From Podarcis liolepis (Eukaryota): DNA of 64,000 bases. The translations under genes and the position numbers were made by a program. This document shows positions 50,701 through 63,399 of this stretch, piece by piece (positions within the stretch are counted from its first letter, which is position 1; each line of letters starts with the position of its first letter). The notes beneath the pieces are model-generated. The model did not search any database and was not told the origin of the DNA. It worked only from the letters and a program-made list of their open reading frames with translations. The stretch is taken from the NCBI GenBank assembly GCA_965112155.1, contig OZ218101.1; one strand, given 5' to 3'.

Positions 50701-52387
50701 AGCTGCAGAGCATCTGATGGGGAGGCAGCCTTTTCTCCTATATTTCAATAACGACACGACGTACACTTAGCCTATTCATGAGCCTGCACATGTACTCAAA
50801 GCCTGAACTCGGGGGCAACTACACGCTTTCTGGCTCTACATTACTGGAAATGTATTTATTGCATTTATATATCTCTTCCAAGGAGGTCAAGGTGGCAAAC
50901 GTTCCCCAATTTTAGCCGCACATCAATCGCGCGAGGTAAGATCAAAGGAAAGGGCAGAGCGTGTCAAGGTCACTCAGGGAGCATCTTGGTCTGCACCAAG
51001 CACTACACTGTCCTGGCTTCCCTTTAAGTCAAACCACCTTTTCTTCCATTTACAATTTCGAATCGGCCAAGCCCTTCCTATCTTATGTCTGAACCAAGCC
51101 CCGCTGTGTTAAACGGGCCTCGCCCTACGGTATTACAACTGTAACCTTAAGATATTAGTGCAGTTTACTATTTTAAACAAGGCTGCACACTTGTGTGCAC
51201 ACTTGCCTCGGAGTAAGCCCCCTTGAACACAGAAGAATTTATGAATAAGCATGCACGGGGTCGTGCAAAATACGGTGGCATAAATTTGAACACGCCGTTG
51301 CGCAGAGGTGGCGGGAAGCTACGTTGTACGAGAGAGCTTGAAGCACGATTGTTAAGCAAAGTAGGAAAGAGCAAACTAAGTATCCACGGCTGGGAGGAAG
51401 GCGGCTGACCTTTAGCCGGGACGTGTGGCATTTTGTCTGGCCACAAAGCTAAGCACAATGTGCCTGCGACGTCTCCAACCCGATTTTCTCATGTGCGTAA
51501 CGGAGGCGCGCAGAACGATGCCCAAGTTTGCCGAAGCAGCGCGCGGAAAAAGAGAAGAACCAGTCGGGTGGCTATTTCAGGGGCTTTTAAACTTCCTCTT
51601 TCTTATGTCTGCGCACGTTCCTCGGGAGGCTTCCTGCGCCGTCACGTGCGCCTTCGCGATCCGGACTTTCTTCTCATGTAAACAAAGCGCTGTGTAGGCA
51701 TTACGGGGCGGCCGCGATCGATTGGGCACAGGCAACGGCATCCGGAATGGGGGATTCAGGACTCGAGACTCGGATAAAACCAAAACGGGACGGGAAGGAG
51801 AGAGAGAGAACGATCTTTCCCCATCTCCTGTTTTCCCTTGGCTTTTGTAAGGAACAGGAGCTCCAAGCCTCGGGGAAAGGAGCCGTGTGCATTGCAAAAG
51901 TGAGGGGTGAGATGTCGAGAGCAGGAGGAAGAGGGGAAGCGAGGACTCCACAAGCCCAGCCAACTGCTGTGTAGCCGCAGGAAAGGAAAGGACTTTCCTG
52001 CCGTTTGCCAGGGAGACCCTGCTTCGAAGGGAGAGAGTGGCTTCAGACAGCCTTTGCCTTCGTTTTCCTGGAAGATCGGGGTTCAAAGGGGGCGGTGCAC
52101 GGACCGGCAGCGCATCCAAAAACCTCTGGCAGCAGCCGGTCGTTTCCTCCACCGCCGTGCGCAAGGCTTCGGACCGCAGCAGCCTCCTTTGCACATCAAC
52201 CGCGAAGCAAAGCGCAGTGACTTCGACTCTTTACCGCCATTTGCCAGGAAAACTTGTGAATAAGTGATGTTTGGGGACGGGGAGGGGCGGGGAGAGGAGG
52301 ACGGCGGAAGGCCGTCAATAAGGGAAAGGTAAAATGGCTGGCGAGCCTTCAAATAACCCTGCCCGCCGTCTCTGTCTCCCTCTCTCA

Positions 52388-52418
<31 letters not shown>

Positions 52419-53444
52419 GTCGTCTCTTGCCAACGTTTTCTGCGCGGTGGAGAAATAGCGCCCCCGCTTCTCCTAGTACGAGACCCGGGGGAAGCTGTGG
52501 GGCCCGTTTGTTCCACCCAAATGAACTCGGAGGTGGGGGAGGTGGAGCGGCCACGGGGGGGGGGATATTGGGGTGTCGTCGTGCGCCTTAATAATCTGGT
52601 CCCTCGTGAAATAGCCCAGGCACACGGGACGTTGCAGGAAGCAGAAACGAAGGCAACAAAACAGAATGAAGGCGAGAGAAGTATTTCTCTCGCGACCTCG
52701 CGTCTCTCCCCCGCCGTTTGATCCGAGAAAGTCCCCGAATTGACTTGTGCCATTAAGGCCCAGTTCCGGCACTACGTACACGGCGAAAAGCACCTTCGCC
52801 TCGGGCGCCGATGTGGGGGTCTCACCCCGTCCCGTGGGGTCCCCTCCTCCCCCCTTCGGAGAGGATTATAGGCTCGGCAGCACCGAGGCGAAGGGCGCTC
52901 GCCTGGCCTGTACGGAGCGCAGGCACCTCCTCGCGCTGCCGCCTCCTGCAACTCTCCTTCGCTCTTTCAGCCAGACCGAATGAGTCATCCCAGCCCGTTT
53001 CGTCTTTGAGATCCCCGACCGGCCGCGCCATTTTAGGCGCGCGCACAGACACGGGCTCGGTTTCCGCTGCTGCTGCTGCTGCTGCTTGGAGAGACAACAA
53101 GCAGGCGGTGACAGAGGCGGAGGAGGGGCGGCGGCGGCGGCAGCAGCAACGGGCCACAGGAAAGGAGAAGGGCCTCCGTGGAGCCTACCCGCTTGGCACT
53201 CAATGGGTCTTTCAGGTACCGAAGCGGACGCCGCCTCCCTGGGTACCAGCCAAGCGAGAGCGGGGGAAAACGCAGGCAAGGCCCCGTCGGCGCCTGCGGC
53301 CCATTAACCCCTCGCACGCCCCCAGCCCGGACAGCAGGCAAGCTGGCTGGCTTGCAAAGACAGAAGGAAGAGGTTCCTCCCAGCCCAGTTTTGGTCTCAC
53401 AAGGGTGTGCTAAGAATCCAGGTTAGGGAGGGAGTAAGCTGAAA

Positions 53445-53796
53445 GGGATGCGGGTGGTGCTGTGGGTTAAACCACAGAGCCTAGGGCTTGTCAATCAGAA
53501 GGTTGGCGGTTCGAATCCCCGTGAGGGGGTGAGCTCCTGTTGCTCGGTCCCTGCTCCTGCCAACCTAGCAGTTAGAAAGCACGTCAAAGTGCAAGTAGAT
53601 AAATAGGTACTGCTCCGGCGGGAAGGTAAACACTGTTTCCGTGCGCTGCTCTGGTTCACCAGAAGCGGCTTAGTCATGCTGGCCACATGACCCGAAAGCT
53701 GTACGCCAGCTCCCTTGGCCAGTAAAGCGAGATGAGCGCCACAACCCCAGAGTCGGTCACGACTGGACCTAATGGTCAGGGGTCCCCTTTACCTTT
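53445..53796 (+). mobile_element. Sauria SINE (Squam1-type) inserted in the CpG island
   Basis: Same head, body and tail as the other two copies; short imperfect TSD ta(a/c)gctgaa. Confidence 0.9.
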
Positions 53797-55661
53797 ACGC
53801 TGAAGGAAATTATTTTTTTAAAAAAACGAAATCGTATTTGTTAATAGGAAAGTTTAAGAAGGAAAACCAACACAAGTATCCAGCTATGTGCGTGACTAGT
53901 ACACATAAACAAACCAGCCCAGACCCAAGGTCGGTTGCTGTGAAGACCAGGATGAAATGGTAAACCCGCTTGGTCCACACCCTCTTGCTTTTTAAGCCCC
54001 ACGGTCTACAGCAGCGCGCGTGCACGGGGGAGGCGCACACCCACAGCCGAGTTTCTCTCCCCCCCCCCTTCGTGATGAATGCGCTCCCCGCCCTCTCTCT
54101 TTCCCCTTGCCTGCCCCGCTTGGGCCGGCGCTGCCCTTTGTGGCTTTTTCGGCCCGGCGGCCGCGCTGCGAGAGCCCAAAGGAGGTCGGCGTCGGCCCCC
54201 GTATTCACCGGGGAAACGAGCAGATATTGATCACGGGCGAGTTGATTTTGCTTAATTGTGGCTGACAGTGCCTGTGGTTTCCTCATTTACGGAGCAACAG
54301 CATCGAGGGTCTGATTGATTGGGAGCGCAGCGCCTCCCACTCCCCGCTCTCCCTCCCGGCAGACACACACACAGGGGGGGGGGGCGGAGCGAGCAGCCAC
54401 CTCCGAGAGGAGCCTGTGTGAAGGCGAGTCCCTCGGGAGGGGAAGGAGCAGCTTCTCATTATTCAGCAAATGGCCGGCGCGCCGGCAGCTAGAGATGCAG
54501 CTTGGTTGGTTCGCTGTCGAGCGCTCGGGCGAGCTTAAGTAGCCTTAAATCCTCCCGCTCCCCCCGCAGGACCGTCTGCCTGCTTTTGCCTGCGTCGTCG
54601 GCCCCTTCGCCTCCACCACCGCCGCCGCCGCCGCCTCCTCCTCCTCCTCTTCGCCCGCCAGCAGATTGGTCCGCGAGTTAAGCGCTCGCGAATGGAGAGC
54701 TTTTAACAGGGCGGGGGGTTGCAATCCTCGTCGCCTAAGCGCTCGCTCAGTCGAAGTCCCCACGCCGAGGTGGCGAGCTCGTCCCCCGCAAACTTAACTC
54801 AGGAGCAACCTCGCTCTCCTTTCAATGAAATGACGCCATAGCAAAGCAGCTTAAGGCGCAATCCAGCGCTCACAAGCCCCGGTTGAAATTAATTGCTAAA
54901 GAACAGCAGCCGTTCCCTGCGCAGCTTTGTCAGCCGGGCTTGCGCAGGAGACCTTCCCGTTGGCTTGCGCCCTTAGCCATCTTCCTGCGGAGAAGCAGCG
55001 AAAATCCAAACCACCAGCACCATCACACTTCGTCTGTACAACTCCTACCAGTAAGGAGTTTTGGTGCCAGCGCTTTCTGGAAAATGTGCATTAAACGTGC
55101 CTTTTAAAATAAAGATGAGCGCAGCAGACTTAAATGTCAGAAAAGGAGCTGTGTGGCAACCATCTGCAAGCCGCTTGATCGAGGATGGCTTCACAATTGC
55201 CCTGCGACCCTTTTTATATCTACTCAGAAGTAAACCTCGTTGAGCTGAATGGGGCTTACTCACAGGTGAGCGCGCATAGGATTGCCGCCTTAAATGTGAA
55301 ATCTGGGTCGAGTCCCTAAACCTGCCTATCAGTTGCAGGAGGGTTTCTTCCACGAATCATGTTCTCCAGTCCAGATTTCCCTACATTAGCATTTCTAGCT
55401 AACTGTCCCATCCCCAGTGCTTTCCGCTCCTTTAACTTTTTTTAGCCCCCCGCCCCAAGTGCATTCCTGCACCCCCGGGGTGGGTTTCATCGTAAAGCAA
55501 ATGAGCACAGGATTGCCAGCGGTCACCTAGGCTCACCTAGAGGAAGACACAGAATACACAGCGACACCTGCTTCCAGGTAAACATACATAGGCTGGAGCC
55601 GAAAGACAATTTATGCGAAGACGACCAGGGCTTGGGCATCACTCATAGGAACAAAGGCTTA

Positions 55662-55812
55662 TCATGAACCAGACCATGGGCCTATCTTGCTCATATTGTC
55701 TGCACTGACCGGCAGCAGCTCTCCAGGGTTTCAGGAAGGCCTACCTGGAGACGCCAGGGATTGAAGCAGGGACTTTCTGAATGCAAGGCAGATGCTCTAC
55801 CACTCAGCCAGG
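55662..55812 (-). mobile_element. tRNA-derived squamate SINE (Squam3-like, family name tentative)
   Basis: Minus strand TGGCTGAGTGGTAGAGCATCTGCCTTGCA...TTCAATCCCTGGC...CCCTGGAGAGCTGCTGCC...CAGACAATA. Related degraded copies at ~62215-62348 (+) and ~11485-11550 (-). Confidence 0.6.
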
Positions 55813-58286
55813 GACTCCCCAAGTCCAAACAGGGCCCCTGGTGGGGATAGGAAGCGCTCCTCAATTCTAACTGTACATCGCCTAGCACCCTAAGGAAAAA
55901 CCCTCCAGTCTCCCAGAGGCATCTTCAGCAGAATCTATTCCGCCTTTACTAAAAGCATCGTACGTGTCCTCAAGCAGCAAGCAGCGATCTAGACGAATCC
56001 TCCGGTTTTAATATCCCAGCAATGCGCAGGGCAAGAACCGGCCGAGGGAGCACAAAGTTTCACGGCGCAGCTGGGATTCCTCCTTTGGCTGCGAAGCTGC
56101 GCGCCCCCTCGGCCTTCCTCGGAAGACTTAAGGACCCCGGCGCAGCCTGCCTTGCCATCTTGAAGTCGTCGGCTCCGAAACGGGAGGGAGGCGAGGGGGG
56201 CTGAGCGCGGAAGCAACTGCGCTGCAGATGGGCGGCTATGAATTTTTGCTGCTGCTTCGAGCCTTAATTACTGGCTCTTGATCCGTGGGACTACGACACG
56301 ACACCGCCAAGGTTAAAATGCCCGGAACAGCTCTGAGCAGATGTGAGCGAGTTGGCAGACGCGCAAATGAGGTCTGCCTCCAAGCACGATAACAAGTGAC
56401 TAATACATTGCATATCGCTGAAAGAAAATTATTTTCCTCTCATTTGCATTAGCTCTCTCTCTCCCCCCCCCCCTTTAAGACCAAAATAAAAAGCCAACAA
56501 CAGCACCACCACTCGCGCGCCCCGCTCAGAGGCAGCAGCCTAATCCGGGGGGGGGGGGCGGGAGAGAAAGAGGCTGGGTGACTTTTAGAAATTTGTGGAA
56601 GCAGGAAAAGATTTGCCAGTGTTTTGGCAAGGCAGCCGTGTTTATCTTTCCGCCTTTGCTCCAAGGCAAAAGTAGTTTCGCAAGCAACATTCCTGCAGAA
56701 AATGGCAGACGTCACGTTAGAGCTCGATTTATTGCTCTGGCGCTTAATGAATGACTGCTGGGGGTATCTTCCACCCAGAGTGCCTCGTGCACAGAAACTG
56801 GAGAGTGACAGATATGCCGCATGAGAGTGACGAGGAATGAAATTCGATGTACAGTTGCCAGTTGCCCTGAAACAAGCCGGCTTTGCCCAAAACAGAAATT
56901 CTATTCACAAACCAGAAGTGCTCGGATTGAAGACGATCGGCGCCACAATCCAAAACAAAATAGAATTATCCTTATTCCCAGGTTTTATATGACTTGCCTC
57001 TCTGCTGCATGCATGTTAATTCCGAAGCAAGTCTCACAGTGCTGAATGGAGCTCATTCGCTTCCAAGCAAGGGTTAGAACTGTATCACTAATGGCTTTCC
57101 GTTGAAATCAAAATGACATATTTCTAAGCTGTTAAGGGGGGGGGCATTTCAGATAGGTTGACCCCTCACTTTAGCGAGACTAATCATCTCGGTCCTAAAC
57201 CAGTTTATTAAACAGATCCCATTGAAATCAATTGATGTGAATCGTACTGGGATCACAGGTTCCTCAAAAAGCATTGAAAGATTTAACTGCCAAGTGTAAA
57301 TCTACTTTCCCGTATACTCGCAATCAATTTGAAAACACTAGGACATTTCCACACAATATTTTACAAGTTTTCTTTTCTTTTTTCTTTTTCCCACATCTTT
57401 AATTCAAATATAAGACCTAAACAGGCTACAATGCCTGTTCATTTTAAACATGGATCTTTTTCTCTCTTTGTCACACTTTAAGTGTTTTTGCAGCCATAGT
57501 GTATCAGTAGTGCAAGAGAATACTCAGAATTATATTTCATGTTGTGTGCATGCGCCCTTATAGGTCTTTCCCAGATGCACTCAAATGGCACAAGTGAGAT
57601 GGAAAAAACATATTGAAAGCTGCTTCAGCTTCGCTTTATGATGTGTGGGAATTCAGACACACTTTTGTACTTCCAGATTAATGTGTGAAACAGGAAATTG
57701 CACGAGTGAGATGCACAGGAAACGTATGGTTGGGGGGGGGGGTTCATGCATTCCATGCAAGGAGAAATTGGGTGTATTCTTCACATATTACACCAAAGTA
57801 TTAAAAGCCCACTTTGCCATCATGTCTCTAGCCATTCTGGGTCATTAGCAATAAGGCCCTGATGCACTTTCCAAGGTGGGAAAGCTGTATAAGCTACTAA
57901 TTGGCTATATTGATATAGTTGATATACAAAGAAGTGCTCGTTCCATTACCTACATAAGGAAGCGTCAAATTTCTGTAGCAGAATGATTCCCACCTAATCT
58001 GAAAAGTTTATGAAGAGGAGTGAAGCTACCTCACTCTGCTAGGGGGACAGGAAGGCTGTGGCAAAGCAGAGTGTTTCTTGCGCATGTGTGATCAAAGAGC
58101 CACTCTTGATAACAGGTTTCACTCCCGCTGAGCCAAAGCAAAGTCTAGGAACCATGTCAATGTGATGCAAGTAAAGCAATAGTCCAGGCCACAGTCCCTA
58201 ACTACATTTACCTGTAAGTAAGCCCCATTAAATTCAATAGGATTTACTGCAGAGTAGACAAGGTTAGAATTGCACATTGCTCAATT

Positions 58287-58425
58287 TCATAGAACTGTAG
58301 AGTTGGAAGGGACCACGAGGATCATCTAGTCCAACCCCCTGCAAGACAGGAATCCTTTGGCCAACCTGGGACTTGAACCCACAACCCTGAAATTAAGATT
58401 CTCATGCTATACAACTGAGCTATCC
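58287..58425 (-). mobile_element. Second copy of the tRNA(Lys)-head/CR1-tail SINE
   Basis: Colinear with 2757-2895. Tail-only fragments also at ~10355-10403 and ~62941-63009. Confidence 0.8.
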
Positions 58426-60667
58426 CTCAGGATTTTGTTCTGTTTACTGTTATGCAAATGTTGGTCACATTGAAATAAGCATTGTGTAACCACCATTTTT
58501 GAGGTCAGTATGCCTCAGTATATCAGTTTCTGCTATTAAACGTATAGCCTGCTTTCATGCTTCCCATAGATATCTGGTGGACCAGTCTGAGAAAAGGATG
58601 CTGTGCCACATGGGCCTGATTCAGCACTCATTTTCTTATTAAACCTGACTCTCAGTCAAGAGAATCAGGAGCAGGATCACACAAACAGGATGTTGTTGCC
58701 CCTAACAAAATTGGTGTACCTCAGTCATTGACATTATTGTTTATGTAAAAGCAGGGAGAAAACCTGCAAACAAAGCATCATGAGATAGATTCCTTTTGCT
58801 GCAAAAGTAGTTTTGCTCCACGTTTTAACACTTAGACATTGTGAGAATAGCAGCCTAGTTTTCTCAGAATAGATTCAGTTTATTTCGGAACTTGATCGTA
58901 CAATATTTAAAAACAATGGAAGGTTAACAGATTTGTTCAATAAATACAATGGAAATTTCCTCACATTACAAACTAATCTAACTCTGTTTTGAATTACCAT
59001 GCAAACCAGAACACACAAAACACACTGTGTGTAGCCCTGATCTTCTATTTCTCTCACTCACACACACATACATGCACGCCAAACCTTATCTTTCTTCTCC
59101 TAGGAAAGCCAGGCAGTTTTGACTCAGTCCTCAGTAAAAAGCAGTTTTCTCCCACTATGTGCAAAAGGTATACCTATCTTGAACTCCTCTATCACTTTTT
59201 AAATACAAATTTGATTATTTCAGAGTGATTAGAACGCAGTATATTCATGGATTTCACTTGTAAGCTTAGGATCACAGCCCTAGACCTCACCCATCTTGGA
59301 CGAGCTTTCCTTGGTATTTTTTATGTTCTGGTTTCAAACAAAGCCATACTCATTTAGCAAGGGGTGTGACTGCATACTGGAGCTGGTCTTGTGCGAGGTG
59401 AAATACTCTTTAATCCTGAAAGAATGTGAAAATTTACTTCCCACTTGCCTCCCACAATTTAATTCTCCCCTTAATAAACCCATTTGGAAAGATCAAATGT
59501 GAGATCTGCCTAAAATTGTGCCGTTTATACTTGGTTTTAGTCCCGAATTATGAAAAGGGTTTCATTTGAACCAGGAATTTCCCTTTCAGCGCCTGCATAT
59601 ATAAATTGCATTGACATTGCTAATTGTGCCTGACATTGCAAATTGTGCCTTGGTATCTGCTGCTAAAGGAGAAGGTCCCAGACATGCCATCTCTTATTCC
59701 AGAAGGAGATACTGGAATAGGTTGGTTCCTACCCAGGGTGGGACAAAAACAGCTTCAGTGCTTAAATTCAGATAGGACTCTCCAGGGCAGAAACCTAGTT
59801 GCATTGACATCTGGAGACAGAATCTGGCGAGAGTCATTTTTCTTTGCACCTGCAAGCTGGCTAGGGACTACAGTTAGCATACACAGAGTGCACCTGGAAT
59901 GAAAAGTGAGACTTTTGGATCAGAGAGTTTGGCTACTACAATTCCTGAGCATTGGCAGACTATGCACTGGAGGCATGTGAAAGCTGAAAGCATTGGGGTA
60001 TTAGTACACAAGTCACTACCTACAGTTCTGCCTTCAAACCATTTCCTCTAGAATTTTAAAGAACATTTCTATCCTGCTTTTCCATTATAGAGTGTCCAAG
60101 GCACTATATAACTTAAGATCCACAGAATGTTAACACCTGGATTTCTTCCTAATGAACCAATATGGTTATCTATCATGCATGTATAAATGAACATACTCTA
60201 AAATCTATGGCTTGAGTATTGCAGCAAAAATATCAAGAAATCGGTGATCATCCAGTCCTGCTAATATGTCCCTCTCTGAATTCAGTTTGAGACACCTAGA
60301 CTACAATAGTCACAATTTGTGAGTTAGAAGGTGGAGCACAACTATTTCCACAACAGAATGAATCCTGCCTAAGTGCCAAACATGCCATGCTCACTGGCAG
60401 GAGGACAAGCAGAGCCTCCCCCAGAGATCTTAAGGCACAAGTTGGCAGGTGTTAGTGAAGGTGCTTTGGCAAATACTTGTAATAAATCATACAAGTTTAA
60501 CAAAAGCACTTAATACTGAACTATTTAGACTGTCTTGAACAACTTTCCAGTATCCTTGAAGGACAGGGGCCTTCTCTGTGGTAGCTCCCAGATTATGGAA
60601 CACTCCCTCCCTGTAAAGTTGCATATGTCTCCCATGTTGGCATCATTTTGCTGACAGTTAAAAAATA

Positions 60668-60836
60668 CTGTATTTTTCGCTCTATAACACGCACCCGACC
60701 ATAACACGCACGTAGTTTTTAGAGGAGGAAAATCCGTAGGCATGCCACCCATAGGCATTCCCTCCAGAACACGCACAGACATTTCCCCTTACTTTCTAGG
60801 AGGAAAAAAGTGAGTGTTATGGTGCAAAAAATACGG
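60668..60836. mobile_element. Tc2/pogo-like MITE at the end of an L2-like 3' fragment (~60550-60665)
   Basis: TIRs CTGTATTTTTCGCTCTATAACAC / GTGTTATGGTGCAAAAAATACGG with TA TSD. The left flank reads AGGGGCCTTCTCTGTGGTAGCTCCCAGATTATGGAAC (L2-type 3' ORF remnant). Confidence 0.8.
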
Positions 60837-62466
60837 TACCCTTCGGGGCTGGGTGACAAGGGTTGGCAGTCTGTTATTCCTTGCCTGCTGTGTTGTGAAC
60901 CTAAACTATATTTTTATATAGAAAATATATGGAGGTGGGGGGAGGGTGCCAAGCAGAAAGCAAAAACACGTCCTTTACTATGTGTGTGTGTGCCCATGGG
61001 CTCCTATTGGAAGGAGGACAGGGTAAAAAATATAACGGGGGGGGGAGAAAATATTGTGGGATGCGTTATTACTAGAGCAGTCAAGTACAACATTTTCTTG
61101 TTGCCTAGAATGGACACACAGCGGAATGTGACTCCAGACAGGGAGGACTTCCTGTCATACCTTCTCTGGAGCTTCTTACCCCTGTGTGTGACCCTAGCTG
61201 ACCAGATAAAAGGGCAAGCCATGCAACCATCTCACTCTTGCTCTCTTGGACCCTCGCTGTCCTGGCTCTTATCCAGCACACAGCTCAACCGTCAAATAGG
61301 ATGGAGCCCAAAAGCAGAAAGTCTGAGATGTAGCTCAGACTTCTTTTCACTGCCGCCACAAGATAAAACCTGCCTTCAGATTACTGCTGTGAACTGAATG
61401 TGAGTAAAACTTTATTCTTACTTTTAAAGAAGACTGTGTTGTGTTATTCTTATTTTAAGAGGGAAATCAAGGGGAAACTTACCAGGAACAATCCAAACTG
61501 GACAAGCCAGGCTGGATTGCTTAATTAAAGGATTATAACGAATCATCAACCTGCTTCCAATAAGTTGCAAAGGAAATGTGCTCTGCTGCTTACTCGCTAG
61601 CGTGAGTGAGGAGGGATAATATTCAAACAATATATACTCTCCTACCTTCCTTAACATTCCCACAAATATGAAAGATTATGTGCCATTTTTAAACGTAGTG
61701 AAACAAGCAGGGATCAACTGTATCCTCAGGACAATTATCCTGGAGAATAGCCCAATGGGCTTCAAGGAGAGAATCCTGAACTAAGCCATTTGTAGACTGG
61801 AGATTGTATGTACAAAAGTAACTGAAGCTGTGGTCCTGAAAACACCTGCAAGATTTTACATCTTCAGATTTTTTTCTTAGATGCAAGTGGAACGTGTCCT
61901 TTGGTAGGCTCCCTCTTCTGTCAGTGGGCCCATGTGGGTTTATCTTGCTGTTGTGGGCAAGGCACCAAGGAGAAGCACTGTGTCTAGCTCTGTCTTAATT
62001 TTCCACAATTGCCTGTAACAATGCTAGGTAGGAACTATTATCATAAAAGAATAGCTAGATCCAGCTCCCTGGCACTGCTTTGAATGCAAGGCCGGGTGTG
62101 GGTGTGTGCGTGCAAGGGGCAGGCGTCAGCAGAGGACCCTGCCAGGTACTTGGATCCTAGCAACTCCCAAGGATGTGGTTGGGGAAGGGCCATAGTTTAG
62201 TGATGAGATGTATGCCTTGCATACCCAGGTATGTCCAGGTAGGACTGGGAGATCCCTGACTGAAAGAGAGCAGCTGCAAATCTCTGTAGCCAGTGCAGAT
62301 CTAGATTTACCCAATGGTCATATTCAGTATAAGGTAGCTTCCTATGTGCTTGTGCCATCCACATCTGGAAGAGACTGCAATCCTTACTTCCTAAAGAACA
62401 GTGTTCCTCCCTGGCTTCAGGTAGGTGTTCCAGGACACTGTGTACTCCATGCATGATTATCTAGCC

Positions 62467-62810
62467 CAGGGGTTCCCAAAGTGTGGTCTGCAGGTTTCAT
62501 TCAGGTGAGCTGCAGCATGCCCACATTAAATATTCATAATGATGTTTTACTGATATTTTTTATTGCTTCTTTTATTTCTTATGTTGTAATTTATTGTATT
62601 ACAGTCTGAGTTCTATGGAATGTGAGTTGTAATATAATAAAATAGAGTATAAGAAATAAAAGAAGCAATTAAAAGGCAATTAAACATCATACAGCTCCTA
62701 ACATGGCACAATACAACAGCTACAAAAGGCAGAATATCATTAAGTGGTCTGTAAAGACCATTAACAATTTTCAAGAGGTCCATGGTCCAGGTGGGATTTG
62801 GGAACCAAAT
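62467..62810. mobile_element. hAT (Charlie-like) MITE, degraded
   Basis: CAGGGGTTCCCAAA ... TTTGGGAACC ends; 8-bp TSD atctag(c/t)c. Confidence 0.7.
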
Positions 62811-63399
62811 ATCTAGTCTAGCGTAAGAGGAGGCCAGTTGTTTGTTTTTAGGTGAATAAACCTTTCAAAAGAGTGAATTCACAGGTGCGTGTTCTCAACT
62901 ACATGACCTCAGTATCAAGTGTTGACAGCCATCACAATTAGAATCACAGAATTTTAGAACTGGAAGGTACCCCAAGGGTCGTGTAGTCCAACCCCCTCCA
63001 ATGCAGGAAGAGGACACACAGCACTTCCTTGGGGTTCCAGGATGGATGCTTTTCAAAGGCGCAGGCTCACACATTTCAGCTGAGGCATGAGATAGGCAGA
63101 AGCGTGTGTGCATGTGTGAATCAACCCTCAGCTAAGCTGCTTACATTCTGTAACATCCTCGCCGAGCGCATACATCCTTTCCCTACTTTCAGAGGAATAT
63201 TATGCAGTTGGGGACGCGCCTGCTAAATAAATGTTGCAGGTGAGGGTCGTCGTCCCCCTCCTCTAACTGGCCCAAAAAAGCTCATTCCTCCCAGTAGCAC
63301 TGGGAGGTGTTGTTCTTTCAGCTCAGCTTTGTGGTTCCTGCAAAACCACCAGACACACTTACAAAGGAGTAAGGGCCATTGCAGCCCGCAAGACTTGAA

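Larger units (their letters stand above)
45500..56700. promoter_or_regulatory. Extended CpG-island domain upstream of BCOR exon 2 (densest ~49.4-54.9 kb); probable promoter(s) and alternative first exons
   Basis: Abrupt rise in CpG and GC content relative to the CpG-poor introns; (GGC)n, (GCT)n and (CCG)n tracts; YY1-type CGCCATTTT at 53026-53034. Boundaries judged by eye. Confidence 0.8.

Noticed and set aside
47020-54763. Many long overlapping ORFs (up to 218 aa) on both strands
   Set aside because: Arg/Ala/Pro/Gly-rich low-complexity translations with no recognisable domain; expected from stop-codon scarcity in GC-rich DNA.
60810-61397. 195-aa plus-strand ORF
   Set aside because: Begins inside a MITE TIR; no domain, splice or codon evidence.
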